The notes beneath the pieces were generated by a model that worked only from the letters and a program-made list of their open reading frames with translations, did no database searches and was not told the origin of the DNA. A stretch of DNA of 60,358 nucleotides. It comes from Rhodothermales bacterium (GTDB lineage: Bacteria; Bacteroidota; Rhodothermia; Rhodothermales; VXPQ01). A program made the translations under genes and the position numbers. The stretch covers positions 1 to 60,358 of the forward strand of contig JBBDTI010000091.1 in NCBI GenBank assembly GCA_040904565.1. Reading direction: 5' to 3'. Shown here piece after piece: positions 1 through 9,744 of the stretch; position 1 is the stretch's first letter, and every line of letters starts with the position of its first letter.

Positions 1-932
1 TTGTACGTGCGTATTTTGGCGGACCGGTCTCCGGAGCCGACCATCGATCGCCGGGCCTCGCTTCGCTCGGCCTGCCGCTTCTCCAGCTCCTGCTCGTAAA
101 GACGCGACCGCAGCACGCGCATCGCCTTGTCCTTGTTCTTGTGCTGGCTTTTCTCGTCCTGGCACGTCACGACCAGTCCGGAAGGGATGTGCGTGATCCG
201 TACCGCGGAGTCGGTGGTGTTGACGGACTGCCCGCCCGGCCCGCTGGATCGGAAGACGTCGATCTTCAATTCGTGCTGGTTGATCTCCACGTCCACGTCT
301 TCCGCTTCCGGGAGAACGGCCACGGTGGCGGCCGACGTATGGAGGCGGCCGCTGGACTCCGTGGCGGGAACACGCTGCACGCGATGCACCCCGCTCTCAA
401 ATTTCATCAAGCCGAATGCTTCAGGCCCCTGTATCGAGAGGATGATTTCCTTGAAGCCGCCCTGGGTACCTTCCGAGTCCTCCATCACCTCTACCTTCCA
501 CCCGCGTCCTTCCGCATACCGCTGGTACATGCGAAAAAGGTCGCCCACGAAGAGCGCCGCCTCATCCCCTCCGGTCCCGGCACGTATCTCCACGATGGCG
601 TCTTTGGCGTCCTCCGGATCTTTAGGCACCAGCTTCATGCGGAGGTCCGACTCGATCACCGGAAGCTTCTCCTCGAGCTCTTCCAGCTCTTCCCGTGCCA
701 TATCGGCAAGCTCGCCGGAGGCCTCTTCCTCGAGCATTTCCTGCAGGTCGCCGCGCTCCTGAATGAGCCGCTCGTAGCGCTCGATGGCCGCCACGACGTC
801 CTCAAGCTGGTTGCGCTCGACGCTGAGCTCCTTGTACTGCTGCGGGGCCGTGGCGACGTCCGGCCGAGCCATCAGCCGGTTGATCTCCTCGAAGCGGTCC
901 CGGATCTCCTTAAGTGTATCGAGATTAATCAT
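1..932 (-). CDS. prfA: Peptide chain release factor 1 (3' end runs off the window)
   Basis: Not in the ORF track; translated by hand from ATG at 932: [17 protein letters not shown]...[11 protein letters not shown]...[15 protein letters not shown] (RF1 PxT motif)...[22 protein letters not shown] (GGQ)...[13 protein letters not shown]. Confidence 0.96.
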   Translation of the reverse strand, partial: MINLDTLKEIRDRFEEINRLMARPDVATAPQQYKELSVERNQLEDVVAAIERYERLIQERGDLQEMLEEEASGELADMAREELEELEEKLPVIESDLRMKLVPKDPEDAKDAIVEIRAGTGGDEAALFVGDLFRMYQRYAEGRGWKVEVMEDSEGTQGGFKEIILSIQGPEAFGLMKFESGVHRVQRVPATESSGRLHTSAATVAVLPEAEDVDVEINQHELKIDVFRSSGPGGQSVNTTDSAVRITHIPSGLVVTCQDEKSQHKNKDKAMRVLRSRLYEQELEKRQAERSEARRSMVGSGDRSAKIRTY

Positions 933-1034
933 CGTTGGGAGTCACCTGTACGCATGCGGCCTTGATGAACGCAGTGTGGTGCGGGAGGTTCGAGCAGCGC
1001 TGCGGCCGTTCGCACCCGCAGCGGATTACCGCGA

Positions 1035-2870
1035 TCATTCCACCGTCACGCTCTTGGCCAGGTTGCGGGGCTGGTCGACGTCGCACCCGCGCATGACGGC
1101 GATATGGTAGGAGAGCAGCTGAAGGGGCACGACCGTCAAAATCGGTGAGACGAACTCGGCCGACTTCGGGATCTGAATCACGTATTCGCACAGCCTGTCG
1201 AGTTCCGGCGTCTCTTCGTCCGTAATCGCGATCACGGATCCGTCGCGTGCGACGACCTCCTCGATGTTGGAAATCACCTTGTCGTACGTCGTGTCATGCA
1301 TGGCGATGAACACGACGGGCATGAACCGATCGATGAGGGCAATCGGCCCGTGTTTCATCTCAGCGGCGGGATACCCTTCCGCGTGAATGTAGGAGATCTC
1401 TTTCAGCTTGAGCGCACCTTCCAGGGCCACGGGAAAGTTGTACCCGCGACCGAGGTACAGAAAATTGCCGGCGTAGCGGTATGCCCGGGCCATCTCACGG
1501 ATGCGTTCGTTGACCGCGAGCACGTCCCGCACCTTTTCAGGGACGCCGGCAACGGCCTCCAGATGCCGGTGAAAAGCCGCGTCCGTCAGCGTCCGGCCTT
1601 CCGCGAGCTTGAGGGCGAGCATGGCCAGCACGAGGACCTGCGCCGTAAACGCCTTGGTCGACGCGACGCCAATCTCGGGACCGGCGTGCAGGTAGACCCC
1701 CGCGTCCGTCTCTCGCGCGATGGTGGATCCGACCGTGTTGCAGATCCCGATGCACAGCACGCCCTTGCGCTTCGCCTCCCGAACGGCGGCGAGGGTGTCC
1801 GCCGTCTCACCACTCTGCGAGATGACCAGCACGACGTCTTCTTCGCGCAGCACGGGATCGCGGTAGCGGAATTCGCTGGCATATTCCACTTCGACGGGGA
1901 TGCGCGCCAGCTCCTCGATAAGGTACTCGCCGACGAGTCCGGCATGCCACGACGTACCGCACGCGGCGATGAGGATGCGATCGGCGCCGCGCAGCCGGTC
2001 GATCACGTCGATCAATCCACCCAGCATCACGGCATTCTCTTCCAGCCGGACGCGTCCGCGCAGGCAGTTGCCGAGCGAATCGGGCTGCTCGTTGATCTCT
2101 TTGAGCATGAAATGCTCGTATCCGCCCTTTTCAATCTCCTCCAGCTCCCATTCGAGCTCGTGTACCTCCTTTTCGAGCGGCGTATTGTCGATGGTCTTGA
2201 CCTCGTACCCCGAGCGCCGAATGGTCACCATCTCACCGTCGTTCAGATAGACGACCTGGCGCGTGTGCTCGACGAGCGGTGCGGCGTCGGAGGCGACGAA
2301 GTATTCGTCCTCGCCGACGCCCAGGATGAGCGGACTCCCCTTGCGCGCGGCGATCAAAAGATCCGGATCGTCTTCACTGACGATCGCCACGCCGTACGTT
2401 CCGACCACCTGCGTGAGCGCCTGCCGGACGGCCTCCTCGAGCGGGAGTCCCGTCGTGCGGCGGACCTCGGCGATGAGTTCGACCAGAACCTCCGTGTCCG
2501 TCTGACTCTGGAACGTGACCCCCTGCCCCTTAAGCCGCTCTCGTATCGACGAGTAGTTTTCGATGATGCCGTTGTGGACGAGGGCAAACGCACCCGCGTC
2601 GTCCTCATGCGGATGAGCGTTCTCGTCGCTGGGACCACCGTGCGTCGCCCAGCGCGTGTGGCCGATGCCGAGGGTACCGTGCACGGGGCTCGATGCCAGC
2701 ATCGACGCCAGCTGATCCACCTTGCCCTGTTTTTTACGGATGTGGAGGCCGTCGCCGCCGACGACGGCAATGCCCGCACTATCGTACCCCCGGTATTCGA
2801 GCCGTCGCAGTCCGGCGACGAGAAGATCCGACGCCTCACGGCTGCCGATATAGCCGACGATTCCGCACAT
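1035..2870 (-). CDS. glmS: Glutamine-fructose-6-phosphate aminotransferase (isomerizing)
   Basis: N-terminal MCGIVG, LEYRGYDSAG, GHTRWATHG, HNGIIEN, C-terminal DQPRNLAKSVTVE; 611 aa. Confidence 0.98.
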   Translation of the reverse strand: MCGIVGYIGSREASDLLVAGLRRLEYRGYDSAGIAVVGGDGLHIRKKQGKVDQLASMLASSPVHGTLGIGHTRWATHGGPSDENAHPHEDDAGAFALVHNGIIENYSSIRERLKGQGVTFQSQTDTEVLVELIAEVRRTTGLPLEEAVRQALTQVVGTYGVAIVSEDDPDLLIAARKGSPLILGVGEDEYFVASDAAPLVEHTRQVVYLNDGEMVTIRRSGYEVKTIDNTPLEKEVHELEWELEEIEKGGYEHFMLKEINEQPDSLGNCLRGRVRLEENAVMLGGLIDVIDRLRGADRILIAACGTSWHAGLVGEYLIEELARIPVEVEYASEFRYRDPVLREEDVVLVISQSGETADTLAAVREAKRKGVLCIGICNTVGSTIARETDAGVYLHAGPEIGVASTKAFTAQVLVLAMLALKLAEGRTLTDAAFHRHLEAVAGVPEKVRDVLAVNERIREMARAYRYAGNFLYLGRGYNFPVALEGALKLKEISYIHAEGYPAAEMKHGPIALIDRFMPVVFIAMHDTTYDKVISNIEEVVARDGSVIAITDEETPELDRLCEYVIQIPKSAEFVSPILTVVPLQLLSYHIAVMRGCDVDQPRNLAKSVTVE

Positions 2871-2873
2871 AGA

Positions 2874-3908
2874 TTACGCCGAGACCTGCGCACGCTTGAT
2901 CGTTCGGCCCAGCGCTTCCGCGATCATGCGAATCTGCCGCATCAGCTCGGTGAATTGATCGAAATAGAGTGACTGAGGGCCGTCGCTCCTGGCGGACGGT
3001 GGATCGGGGTGTACCTCGATCATTACTCCGTCCGCGCCGGCCGCCACGGCGGCCCGGGCCATGGGAGTCACCTTTCCGCGGATACCCGTACCATGACTCG
3101 GGTCGACGATCACGGGGAGGTGGCTCATCTTTTTCAAGACGGGCACGGCGGAGAGATCCAGCGTATTCCGCGTATAGGTTTCGAACGTCCGGATGCCCCG
3201 CTCGCACATGATGACATGCGGATTCCCCTGGGATAGGACGTACTCCGCGCTCATGAGCCACTCGTCGATCGTGGCGGACGCCCCGCGTTTCAGGAAGACC
3301 GGCGTATCGCCCTTCCCGACCTCCTTCAGCAGCGGAAAGTTCTGCATGTTTCGGGCGCCGATCTGATACACGTCGGCGTAACGGCCAATCAGATCGATAT
3401 GTCCGATCTCCATGACCTCGGTGATCACCTTGAGGCCGTGGGCGTCGGCGGCAGATCGCATCATTTTGAGCCCCTCCTCGCCGAGTCCCTGAAAGGAATA
3501 GGGAGACGTACGCGGTTTGAAGGCGCCTCCACGCAGAAACGTCGCGCCCTGTTCGGCCACGTGAGCGGCCGTCTTGTGGATCTGTTCTTCATCTTCGACG
3601 GAGCACGGACCCGCCATAACCACGATCTCGTCGCCGCCGACGGCAACGCCGCCGACGTCTACGACCGTGTTCTCCTTCTTCCACGATCGACTGGCGAATT
3701 TATACGGCTCGGTTACGCGGAAGACGTCCGCCACCCCATCCATCACCTGAATGTGTCGCGTGTCGAACTCGGGCTTGACGCCAATCGCACCGAGAACCGT
3801 CTGATTGACGCCGCTGGAGCGATGGACGTCGAAGCCGTACCCGTTCAGGCTCTCGATGACGTCCTGAATGTCGCTTTCATCAGCGCCGGCCTGCATTACT
3901 ACAACCAT
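2874..3908 (-). CDS. aroF: 3-deoxy-7-phosphoheptulonate (DAHP) synthase, type I-beta with N-terminal regulatory domain
   Basis: AGPCSVE, RGGAFKPRTSPYSFQGLG, IGARNMQN, CERGIRTF, DPSH, SDGPQSL motifs. Confidence 0.95.
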   Translation of the reverse strand: MVVVMQAGADESDIQDVIESLNGYGFDVHRSSGVNQTVLGAIGVKPEFDTRHIQVMDGVADVFRVTEPYKFASRSWKKENTVVDVGGVAVGGDEIVVMAGPCSVEDEEQIHKTAAHVAEQGATFLRGGAFKPRTSPYSFQGLGEEGLKMMRSAADAHGLKVITEVMEIGHIDLIGRYADVYQIGARNMQNFPLLKEVGKGDTPVFLKRGASATIDEWLMSAEYVLSQGNPHVIMCERGIRTFETYTRNTLDLSAVPVLKKMSHLPVIVDPSHGTGIRGKVTPMARAAVAAGADGVMIEVHPDPPSARSDGPQSLYFDQFTELMRQIRMIAEALGRTIKRAQVSA

Positions 3909-4140
3909 GGGGAGGAGCAGCTTGTGTGTGGGATCGTGGAGGGACGAGCAACGAACGATAGGCGGCCGCCCGAGTTCGGAGCAACCGGCATCGTCCTATT
4001 AACGTCGGGGACGGCATGTCGGGTTTCGCGAATTGTCGTTGCCACGTCGCCTGCTCCGCTTCAGCGAGCATGCAGGGGGGTCTATTCGGGGCCGGCAGGC
4101 TCCGGCGACCTACTGCGGCGCGGCGTCTCGTCGAAGATGG

Positions 4141-4905
4141 TCAGCGATACCGCTCGAGGGTAAACTTCTCGCCCAGATACCGCCTCCTCACCTCGGGATC
4201 GTCCGCGAGCGCCTCGGCCGTACCCTGCTTCAATATCCGCCCCTCGTAGAGCAGATACGCCCGATCCGTGATGGCGAGCGTCTCGTGGACGTTATGATCG
4301 GTGATGAGCACACCGATGTCGCGGGACTTCAGTCCGGCTACGATAGACTGGATGTCTTCGACGGCGATAGGATCTACGCCCGCGAAAGGCTCGTCGAGCA
4401 AGAAGAATTTCGGATCCGTCGCCATGGCCCGCGCGATCTCCGTCCGACGCCGTTCGCCGCCCGAGAGAGAGTACCCCTTCGACCCGCGTACGCGCTGCAA
4501 GCCGAACTCGTCGATCAGCGCATCTACCCGGGCGTAACGCTCCTCACGGGACACGTCCTGAAACTCGAGAACGGCATGCAGATTATCTTCGACGGAGAGC
4601 TGGGCGAAAATAGATGCTTCCTGCGCGAGATAGCCGATGCCCATGCGCGCTCGTTTGTACATCGGCATGGACGTAATATCTCTATCGCCTACGCGGATGC
4701 GTCCGGCATTGGGCCGGACCATCCCCACGATCATATAGAACGTCGTGGTCTTACCCGCGCCGTTTGGGCCGAGGAGTCCGACGATCTCTCCCTGAGCCAC
4801 GTCGATGCTTACGTCCTGCACGACCTCTCGCTTCTTGTAGCGTTTGGTCAGATGCTCCGCCGCAAGCGTCAGCCGCTCGCTCGGTGTGTGTGTGCCGTCT
4901 TTCAC
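4141..4905 (-). CDS. lptB: LPS export ABC transporter ATP-binding protein
   Basis: [43 protein letters not shown]; next to lptC and an OstA-like gene. Confidence 0.96.
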   Translation of the reverse strand: MKDGTHTPSERLTLAAEHLTKRYKKREVVQDVSIDVAQGEIVGLLGPNGAGKTTTFYMIVGMVRPNAGRIRVGDRDITSMPMYKRARMGIGYLAQEASIFAQLSVEDNLHAVLEFQDVSREERYARVDALIDEFGLQRVRGSKGYSLSGGERRRTEIARAMATDPKFFLLDEPFAGVDPIAVEDIQSIVAGLKSRDIGVLITDHNVHETLAITDRAYLLYEGRILKQGTAEALADDPEVRRRYLGEKFTLERYR

Positions 4906-4911
4906 GTAAGC

Positions 4912-6525
4912 TCAGTCGGTTCTGTGCGGGGGCACTTCTTGTAGGCGCTCGATACGCTCGGGTTCAGTATAACGATTCGAGGTGAGGCCCGGAACGGGGC
5001 GCGGAATTTCGGTACCTCGGAGCAGGCCCGATTTCGACGGCCTTCTGCCTGGAATCCACGTGAACCCTTCAAGCGCGAGGTCGGGCGGGATCAGCTCCTG
5101 GCTGTAATAGGTGCCTTCGGTCCCCCGCACGGCTTCGATACGGCGCAGGTCGTCGCCCCGAAAGCGGAACGCGATGCGGTCGGCCGACATGCGCACCGCG
5201 CCCGCGCCGGCGCCTTCTTCGTCGGACCGAAAGTTGATGGCCTCCGCCTGCGGTCCGATGACGAGCGAGCGAAGGGAGTCTCGTTCGAAGGCGGCCGCCA
5301 GCCGCCCTCCCCGGAGCTGGTGAATTTTTTCCAGCGCCGAATCACGCCGTGCCACGAAGGCGCTGCCGTCGACGAAGAGGCTGTCGACGCCACCGTCGCG
5401 GCCGCGCAGCCGGAGGGTATCCCCCGTGACCTGATTGTTCTGGAACCAGGCGACGGGCCCGCCGAACAGGTAGACGAACTCGACCGGGCCCTCGCCGTCC
5501 GCCTCCACGCGATCGTAGACGACGGAATCGGCGACGGAGGCCAGATCCGGCTGCCAGATACGCACGGAATCGACAGCTACGAGCCGCTGCACGGATCGGC
5601 CGGCCGAATCGATACGCATCGATTCGAGCACGCCGGCGCGAATGAGGAGCGTATCGCTCTCCGCGCCGAGAGAGTCCGCCCGCAACCGAACGAGCAGCGG
5701 ATCCCCTTCGATACGGCTGTACTCCGTGCTGTCCTCGTTGTAGGCGCGGTGCCCAAACAGAAGGGTGCGGGTCAATGAATCGGTCTCGGCCTCTCCGCCC
5801 ATCCGTTCGATGAAGACGTTGCCGCGAGCCTGAGAGATGTCGGTCTCTCGAAGATAGGTGACCGAGTCGGCTTCCAGATAGGTTCGTTCCTCCAGCAACA
5901 CCACGTCACCGTAGAACTCGGCTCTTTTCTCGTCCGACCAGTACTGTCCGGCCCGGCTCGACAGCTTGGCCGTGCTGTCGACCAGCGTCACGCCGGCGGT
6001 AAACCGCGCCCGCTTCTCACGGGTAAAGTAGAGTCCGGACGGCGCCCGGACGACGACATCGCCGTCGGATAGATGAACGGATCCGTCGGCACGCCCGGTC
6101 TTGTCTCGACTGTTGTAGAGCACGGTGTCAGCGCGGAGCGAATCTCCGCGTTCGACGACCAGCACGTCGCCGGTAAAAAGGATCTCCCGCCGCTCCAGGA
6201 ACTGGATGGCTCGCTGCGCGCGCAGGTGCGTCTCCTCCTGACGGAGCTGTACATTGCCGATCAGCCGGCGCACGCGCTCCCCGTTCTGAACGTCTCCTTC
6301 AAGGAGGTTCGCGCTCACCTCCACCTCGCGCGTCTGCGCGGAGTCGGGTGTCGTATCGGCTGTCGTGTCGGCAGCTGCAGACTCCGTCGTGTCGGCTGTC
6401 GAGTCTACTGTCGTGTCCGCTGTCGAGTCTGCCGTCGTGTCGGCGCCGGCTTCCTGCGCGGCGACGGTCAGGGGTGCCCCCATCCAGAGCGCGCCCAGCA
6501 GGAGGACGGTGAACAGGCGCTTCAT
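4912..6525 (-). CDS. OstA/LptA-like beta-jellyroll LPS transport protein (Bacteroidota-type, 537 aa)
   Basis: Signal peptide followed by repeated GNV/GDV...ADS/ADT OstA-type beta segments; lies between lptC and lptB. Confidence 0.8.
   Translation of the reverse strand: MKRLFTVLLLGALWMGAPLTVAAQEAGADTTADSTADTTVDSTADTTESAAADTTADTTPDSAQTREVEVSANLLEGDVQNGERVRRLIGNVQLRQEETHLRAQRAIQFLERREILFTGDVLVVERGDSLRADTVLYNSRDKTGRADGSVHLSDGDVVVRAPSGLYFTREKRARFTAGVTLVDSTAKLSSRAGQYWSDEKRAEFYGDVVLLEERTYLEADSVTYLRETDISQARGNVFIERMGGEAETDSLTRTLLFGHRAYNEDSTEYSRIEGDPLLVRLRADSLGAESDTLLIRAGVLESMRIDSAGRSVQRLVAVDSVRIWQPDLASVADSVVYDRVEADGEGPVEFVYLFGGPVAWFQNNQVTGDTLRLRGRDGGVDSLFVDGSAFVARRDSALEKIHQLRGGRLAAAFERDSLRSLVIGPQAEAINFRSDEEGAGAGAVRMSADRIAFRFRGDDLRRIEAVRGTEGTYYSQELIPPDLALEGFTWIPGRRPSKSGLLRGTEIPRPVPGLTSNRYTEPERIERLQEVPPHRTD
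6338..6444 (-). repeat. Imperfect 12-bp tandem repeat coding ADTT/ADST in the OstA-like N-terminus
   Basis: Repeated gtcgtgtcggc/gtcgagtc units; peptide ADTTADSTADTTVDSTADTTESAAADTTADTTPDSA. Confidence 0.85.
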
Positions 6526-7112
6526 TCGTCCTCCTCCACCGTTACCTGTCCGGTCATGCGTCTCAGCGTATAGCTGTTCAGGTCTTCATCTCCGACGAGG
6601 TCGTAGCCCTGCACGCGCTCGGTAGGCGTAACGATGCGCACGAACCCCGGCGTGCGCAGCGTGCGGTCCGCCTCAAACCAGACCAGGTGTTCGCTATAGA
6701 GAATCTTGTCATCCGGCGTTTCCACGACGACGTTCTCACGGGCCTCGAATCGGCTGTCCCGGTCGAGAAGGATGAGCCGCGTGGCGCGGACGGTGGCGGA
6801 CGTATCACCGGATTCGTCGAAAATGACCGCACGCACCCTGGTTGTCGAATCGCTCTCCATGACCGTATAGGTGCTGTCCTCCGTCTCAAACGTAGCCATG
6901 TACATCGCCTCGATGTCGAGCCGCGGCCGGCTATCGTCCGCTCCTTCAGGCGTCTCGGTCACCTGATAGCGTACGTTCCAGCTCTCTTGGGACGGAGCCG
7001 TCTCCGCGCGAACGTCGCCCATGGACGGCACCGGCGCAGGTTCACGGCCGCAGGCGGCGACCGTCAGGACCAGTGCCCCTGCTGTGAAGACGCGTAGGAT
7101 AATTACAGACAT
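6522..7112 (-). CDS. lptC: LPS export periplasmic protein LptC (lipoprotein)
   Basis: Lipobox VAAC; QESW, NVVV, LYSEHLVW, FVRIVT motifs typical of Bacteroidota LptC; overlaps the OstA-like start by 4 nt. Confidence 0.8.
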   Translation of the reverse strand: MSVIILRVFTAGALVLTVAACGREPAPVPSMGDVRAETAPSQESWNVRYQVTETPEGADDSRPRLDIEAMYMATFETEDSTYTVMESDSTTRVRAVIFDESGDTSATVRATRLILLDRDSRFEARENVVVETPDDKILYSEHLVWFEADRTLRTPGFVRIVTPTERVQGYDLVGDEDLNSYTLRRMTGQVTVEEDE

Positions 7113-7575
7113 CGACTGGACTGTTTATGCGAGGAAGCCTATAATCGGATCCGAGGCGGCTCGAATAAGGTGTTCATTCGCCGGCATACCACGGCCGTAG
7201 GCTTGTACGATCCGTTTCGCAAAATATCGCGTGCGGCAACGCGTTTCGATTCGCCGTCGCCGTCCAATCCTTCCGCGTGCAACGAACGATCGTATCGTGC
7301 GAAGCATCCGATCAAATGTGTCCGGATACCGTTCCACCGAAATATCTTCCGCAATCACGATGCCTAAATAGACATCATTTCGCGGTAAAGCGTGTACGAC
7401 AATCAGCATGAGACGAGAAATTCCGTCAATTTATTGCAATATTGAGCGCGTACACGTCAGGATGGTTTCATACGGGCAGTGACCGTGTCGACCGTCATCT
7501 GAACGTCGGGCGATGATTCAGGAGCCGTCCGTCCACGATTTTTCGGTCTTCTGTAGCGATTCTTCCGGGATCGAT

Positions 7576-7603
7576 CTTAATTCGGCACACTTTCTGCCGA
7601 TAC
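7576..7603 (+). promoter_or_regulatory. Sigma28 (FliA)-like promoter CTTAA-N15-GCCGATAC (also contains a GG-N10-GC)
   Basis: cttaa ttcggcacactttct gccgatac, 44 nt upstream of the STAS ATG; FliA consensus is TAAA-N15-GCCGATAA; same motif upstream of pilT. Confidence 0.6.
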
Positions 7604-7647
7604 CTCTCGACACGAACCATCGCTTGCGCTAGACCGAGTACTCCATC

Positions 7648-8001
7648 ATGACAAATGCCACCATGAGTTTCTCGATTGAGTCCGTCTCCGACGAGACGGT
7701 GACCGTAAAAATTGGCAAGGCGCTCGACTTCCGCAATGCGGCGGACTTCAAGAGCACGTGCCAGGATGAGGTCCAGAACGGAGCTCGAAACTTCATCCTC
7801 GACTTTTCCGACACGGGCATACTTGATTCGACCGGACTCGGATCAATTTTCTCATTGTACAGGCAGGTTTCTCCTCTCAACGGGCAGGTTGTCTTCGCGT
7901 CCGTGTCCCGCCCCGTACAGGTCGTCGTGCAGCTCACGCGCACGTATAAGGTGTTTCGCCAATTCTCCTCCGTAGACGCCGCGCAGGAATCGATGCCGTA
8001 G
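7648..8001 (+). CDS. STAS-domain anti-sigma factor antagonist (RsbV/SpoIIAA-like)
   Basis: 117 aa; LDF, ILDFS and LDSTGLG (phosphorylatable Ser motif). Confidence 0.9.
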   Translation: MTNATMSFSIESVSDETVTVKIGKALDFRNAADFKSTCQDEVQNGARNFILDFSDTGILDSTGLGSIFSLYRQVSPLNGQVVFASVSRPVQVVVQLTRTYKVFRQFSSVDAAQESMP

Positions 8002-8084
8002 CGGCACGTCCGAGCGAGCCGGTCTACGCAAGCGCTTTCGAAGCCACCCAGGTCCGCTCGACCATCCGGCCCTCATCCCGAACC

Positions 8085-8537
8085 ATGAATTGCCTGACGC
8101 ATCGCTTTAGCGATCCGGATACGCTGATAGACAGGGCGCACTCCGTCTTTTCGTCGCTGGAGGAAGACGACGATCTTCCCGGCTGGCTCAACGAAAAGAC
8201 GATGCACCGTCTGAAGCTCGCCGTCCACGAGTGGCTGGCGAATCTGGTGCAGCATGCGAATTTCGGCGATCGCCGACCCGACGTTTCCGTCACCGTACGT
8301 CCCGGTAGAGATGGCGTCGAATGCGTCATTGAAGATAATTCGGAAGGGTTCGATCTGAATGGGCATCTCGATACGAAAACGGACGTCCTGGATGCGTATC
8401 CCGAACGGGGCATGGGCCTGCTCATGATCAAGGCCTGCACGGAAGGCCTTTCCTATACCGACCTCGGTGATCAACGACACCGTCTGACCTTTGTAGTCTC
8501 GTCTGAGCAAGATCCATGGCTGAACATTCCATTCTAG
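8085..8537 (+). CDS. RsbW/SpoIIAB-like anti-sigma factor Ser kinase (HATPase_c_2)
   Basis: N box AVHEWLANLVQH, G1 IEDNSEGFD, G2 ERGMGLLMI. Confidence 0.87.
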   Translation: MNCLTHRFSDPDTLIDRAHSVFSSLEEDDDLPGWLNEKTMHRLKLAVHEWLANLVQHANFGDRRPDVSVTVRPGRDGVECVIEDNSEGFDLNGHLDTKTDVLDAYPERGMGLLMIKACTEGLSYTDLGDQRHRLTFVVSSEQDPWLNIPF

Positions 8538-9628
8538 TTGTCGAAGACGAGCACACGCTACGTCGGCTTCTCGAGTACCGTCTCGGTAAGCAGTACGACG
8601 TATCGACCGCGGCGAACGGAGAAGAAGCCCTCGCCCGGGTTTCGGATCACATTCCGGACCTGATCGTCTCCGACATCATGATGCCCAAGATGGACGGCTT
8701 CGCCCTGCAAGCCGCCCTCCAGAAGCAGAAGAATACCCGCGCCATCCCGTTCATCTTCCTCACGGCGAAGGCGGATGAGACGAGCCGGCGCAAGGGCATG
8801 CGGACGGGCGTGGACGACTACATCACGAAGCCGTTCGACATCGAACAGCTCCTTTCACGCATCGAACGCCTGCTCGAACGCACGAAGATCTATCAGACCC
8901 AGCTCGACGCGAAGATCGGCAAAGACTTCTCCCAGAAGCTCATGCCGAAGAAACTTCCGTCCGTCGAGGGATACCGCCTCTTTTTCCATAACAGTCCGCG
9001 CGAGCACGGCGGCGGCGACCTGTTCGACTGGACGGAGTCGCAACCGAGCTGCTACTTCTTCACCATCGGCGACGTGATGGGCAAAGGGCTGCAGGCCAAG
9101 TTCTACGCATTCAGCTTCCTGAGCTACGTCCGCGGCACGCTGCACGTCATGCTGCAGAACGAGAAGTCGCCGGCGAAGCTGATGCAGCGCGTCAACCAGG
9201 TACTGATGCAGGACGAGTTTATGGAGGAGACCTTCGCGTCTCTCCTGCTTTTCGAATGGGACTCGTCGAAACACACGTTTCGGTATTCCAACGCCGGCCA
9301 CTGCCGGCCCATCTTGATCGGCGACGACGTTGCGGAGGTAGTCGAGTACAGCGACATCATCCTCGGTCTGGACCCCGAAGCCAAGTTCACCGACACGACC
9401 GTGACGATCCCGCCGGGCGGGTCGCTGATCATGTACACGGACGGACTCATGGAACAGCGCCTGAAAAGCGGACAGCAGGTCGGCGAACAGGGTATCCTGG
9501 ACGTCGCCCAGGAGGTCGCCGGCACTTCGGATCCGGTGGAATCCCTCCTCCAGCGTATTCTCGAACGGAGCGAAACGGCCGAGTTCGGAGACGATATCCT
9601 TGTGTTCTGGATGAAGCGGGTTGCGTAG
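8516..9628 (+). CDS. Response regulator receiver fused to SpoIIE/RsbU PP2C phosphatase
   Basis: REC motifs VVEDE, SDIMMPKMDG, FLTAK, KPF; PP2C motifs GGDLFD, IGDVMGKG, NAGH, YTDGL, DD. Confidence 0.93.
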   Translation: MAEHSILVVEDEHTLRRLLEYRLGKQYDVSTAANGEEALARVSDHIPDLIVSDIMMPKMDGFALQAALQKQKNTRAIPFIFLTAKADETSRRKGMRTGVDDYITKPFDIEQLLSRIERLLERTKIYQTQLDAKIGKDFSQKLMPKKLPSVEGYRLFFHNSPREHGGGDLFDWTESQPSCYFFTIGDVMGKGLQAKFYAFSFLSYVRGTLHVMLQNEKSPAKLMQRVNQVLMQDEFMEETFASLLLFEWDSSKHTFRYSNAGHCRPILIGDDVAEVVEYSDIILGLDPEAKFTDTTVTIPPGGSLIMYTDGLMEQRLKSGQQVGEQGILDVAQEVAGTSDPVESLLQRILERSETAEFGDDILVFWMKRVA

Positions 9629-9629
9629 A

Positions 9630-9728
9630 GGCCGTTTATAAATTGCGCAGCTCCGCGTTGCACTCCGCGCCTTGATCTGCACAATTTACTGGCGTTAGTC
9701 GAGCTTCGCTCTCGTTTCTCTGCCGGCC
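9630..9728. repeat. MITE/REP-like element, copy 1 (internally deleted)
   Basis: ggccgtttataaattgcgcagctccgcgttgcac...cgcgccttgatctgcacaattt...ctctgccggcc; matches 57291-57409 at both ends. Confidence 0.8.
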
Positions 9729-9744
9729 ATGTGAATGTTGGCTT

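Noticed and set aside
7125-7409. Short ORFs in the lptC/STAS intergenic region
   Set aside because: Overlapping in several frames, atypical composition and no motifs; the region is more likely regulatory.
7583-7597. Sigma54 GG-N10-GC reading of the STAS promoter (CGGCACACTTTCTGC)
   Set aside because: Not excluded, but ranked below the sigma28 reading, which recurs upstream of pilT; here the GC is part of GCCGATAC.
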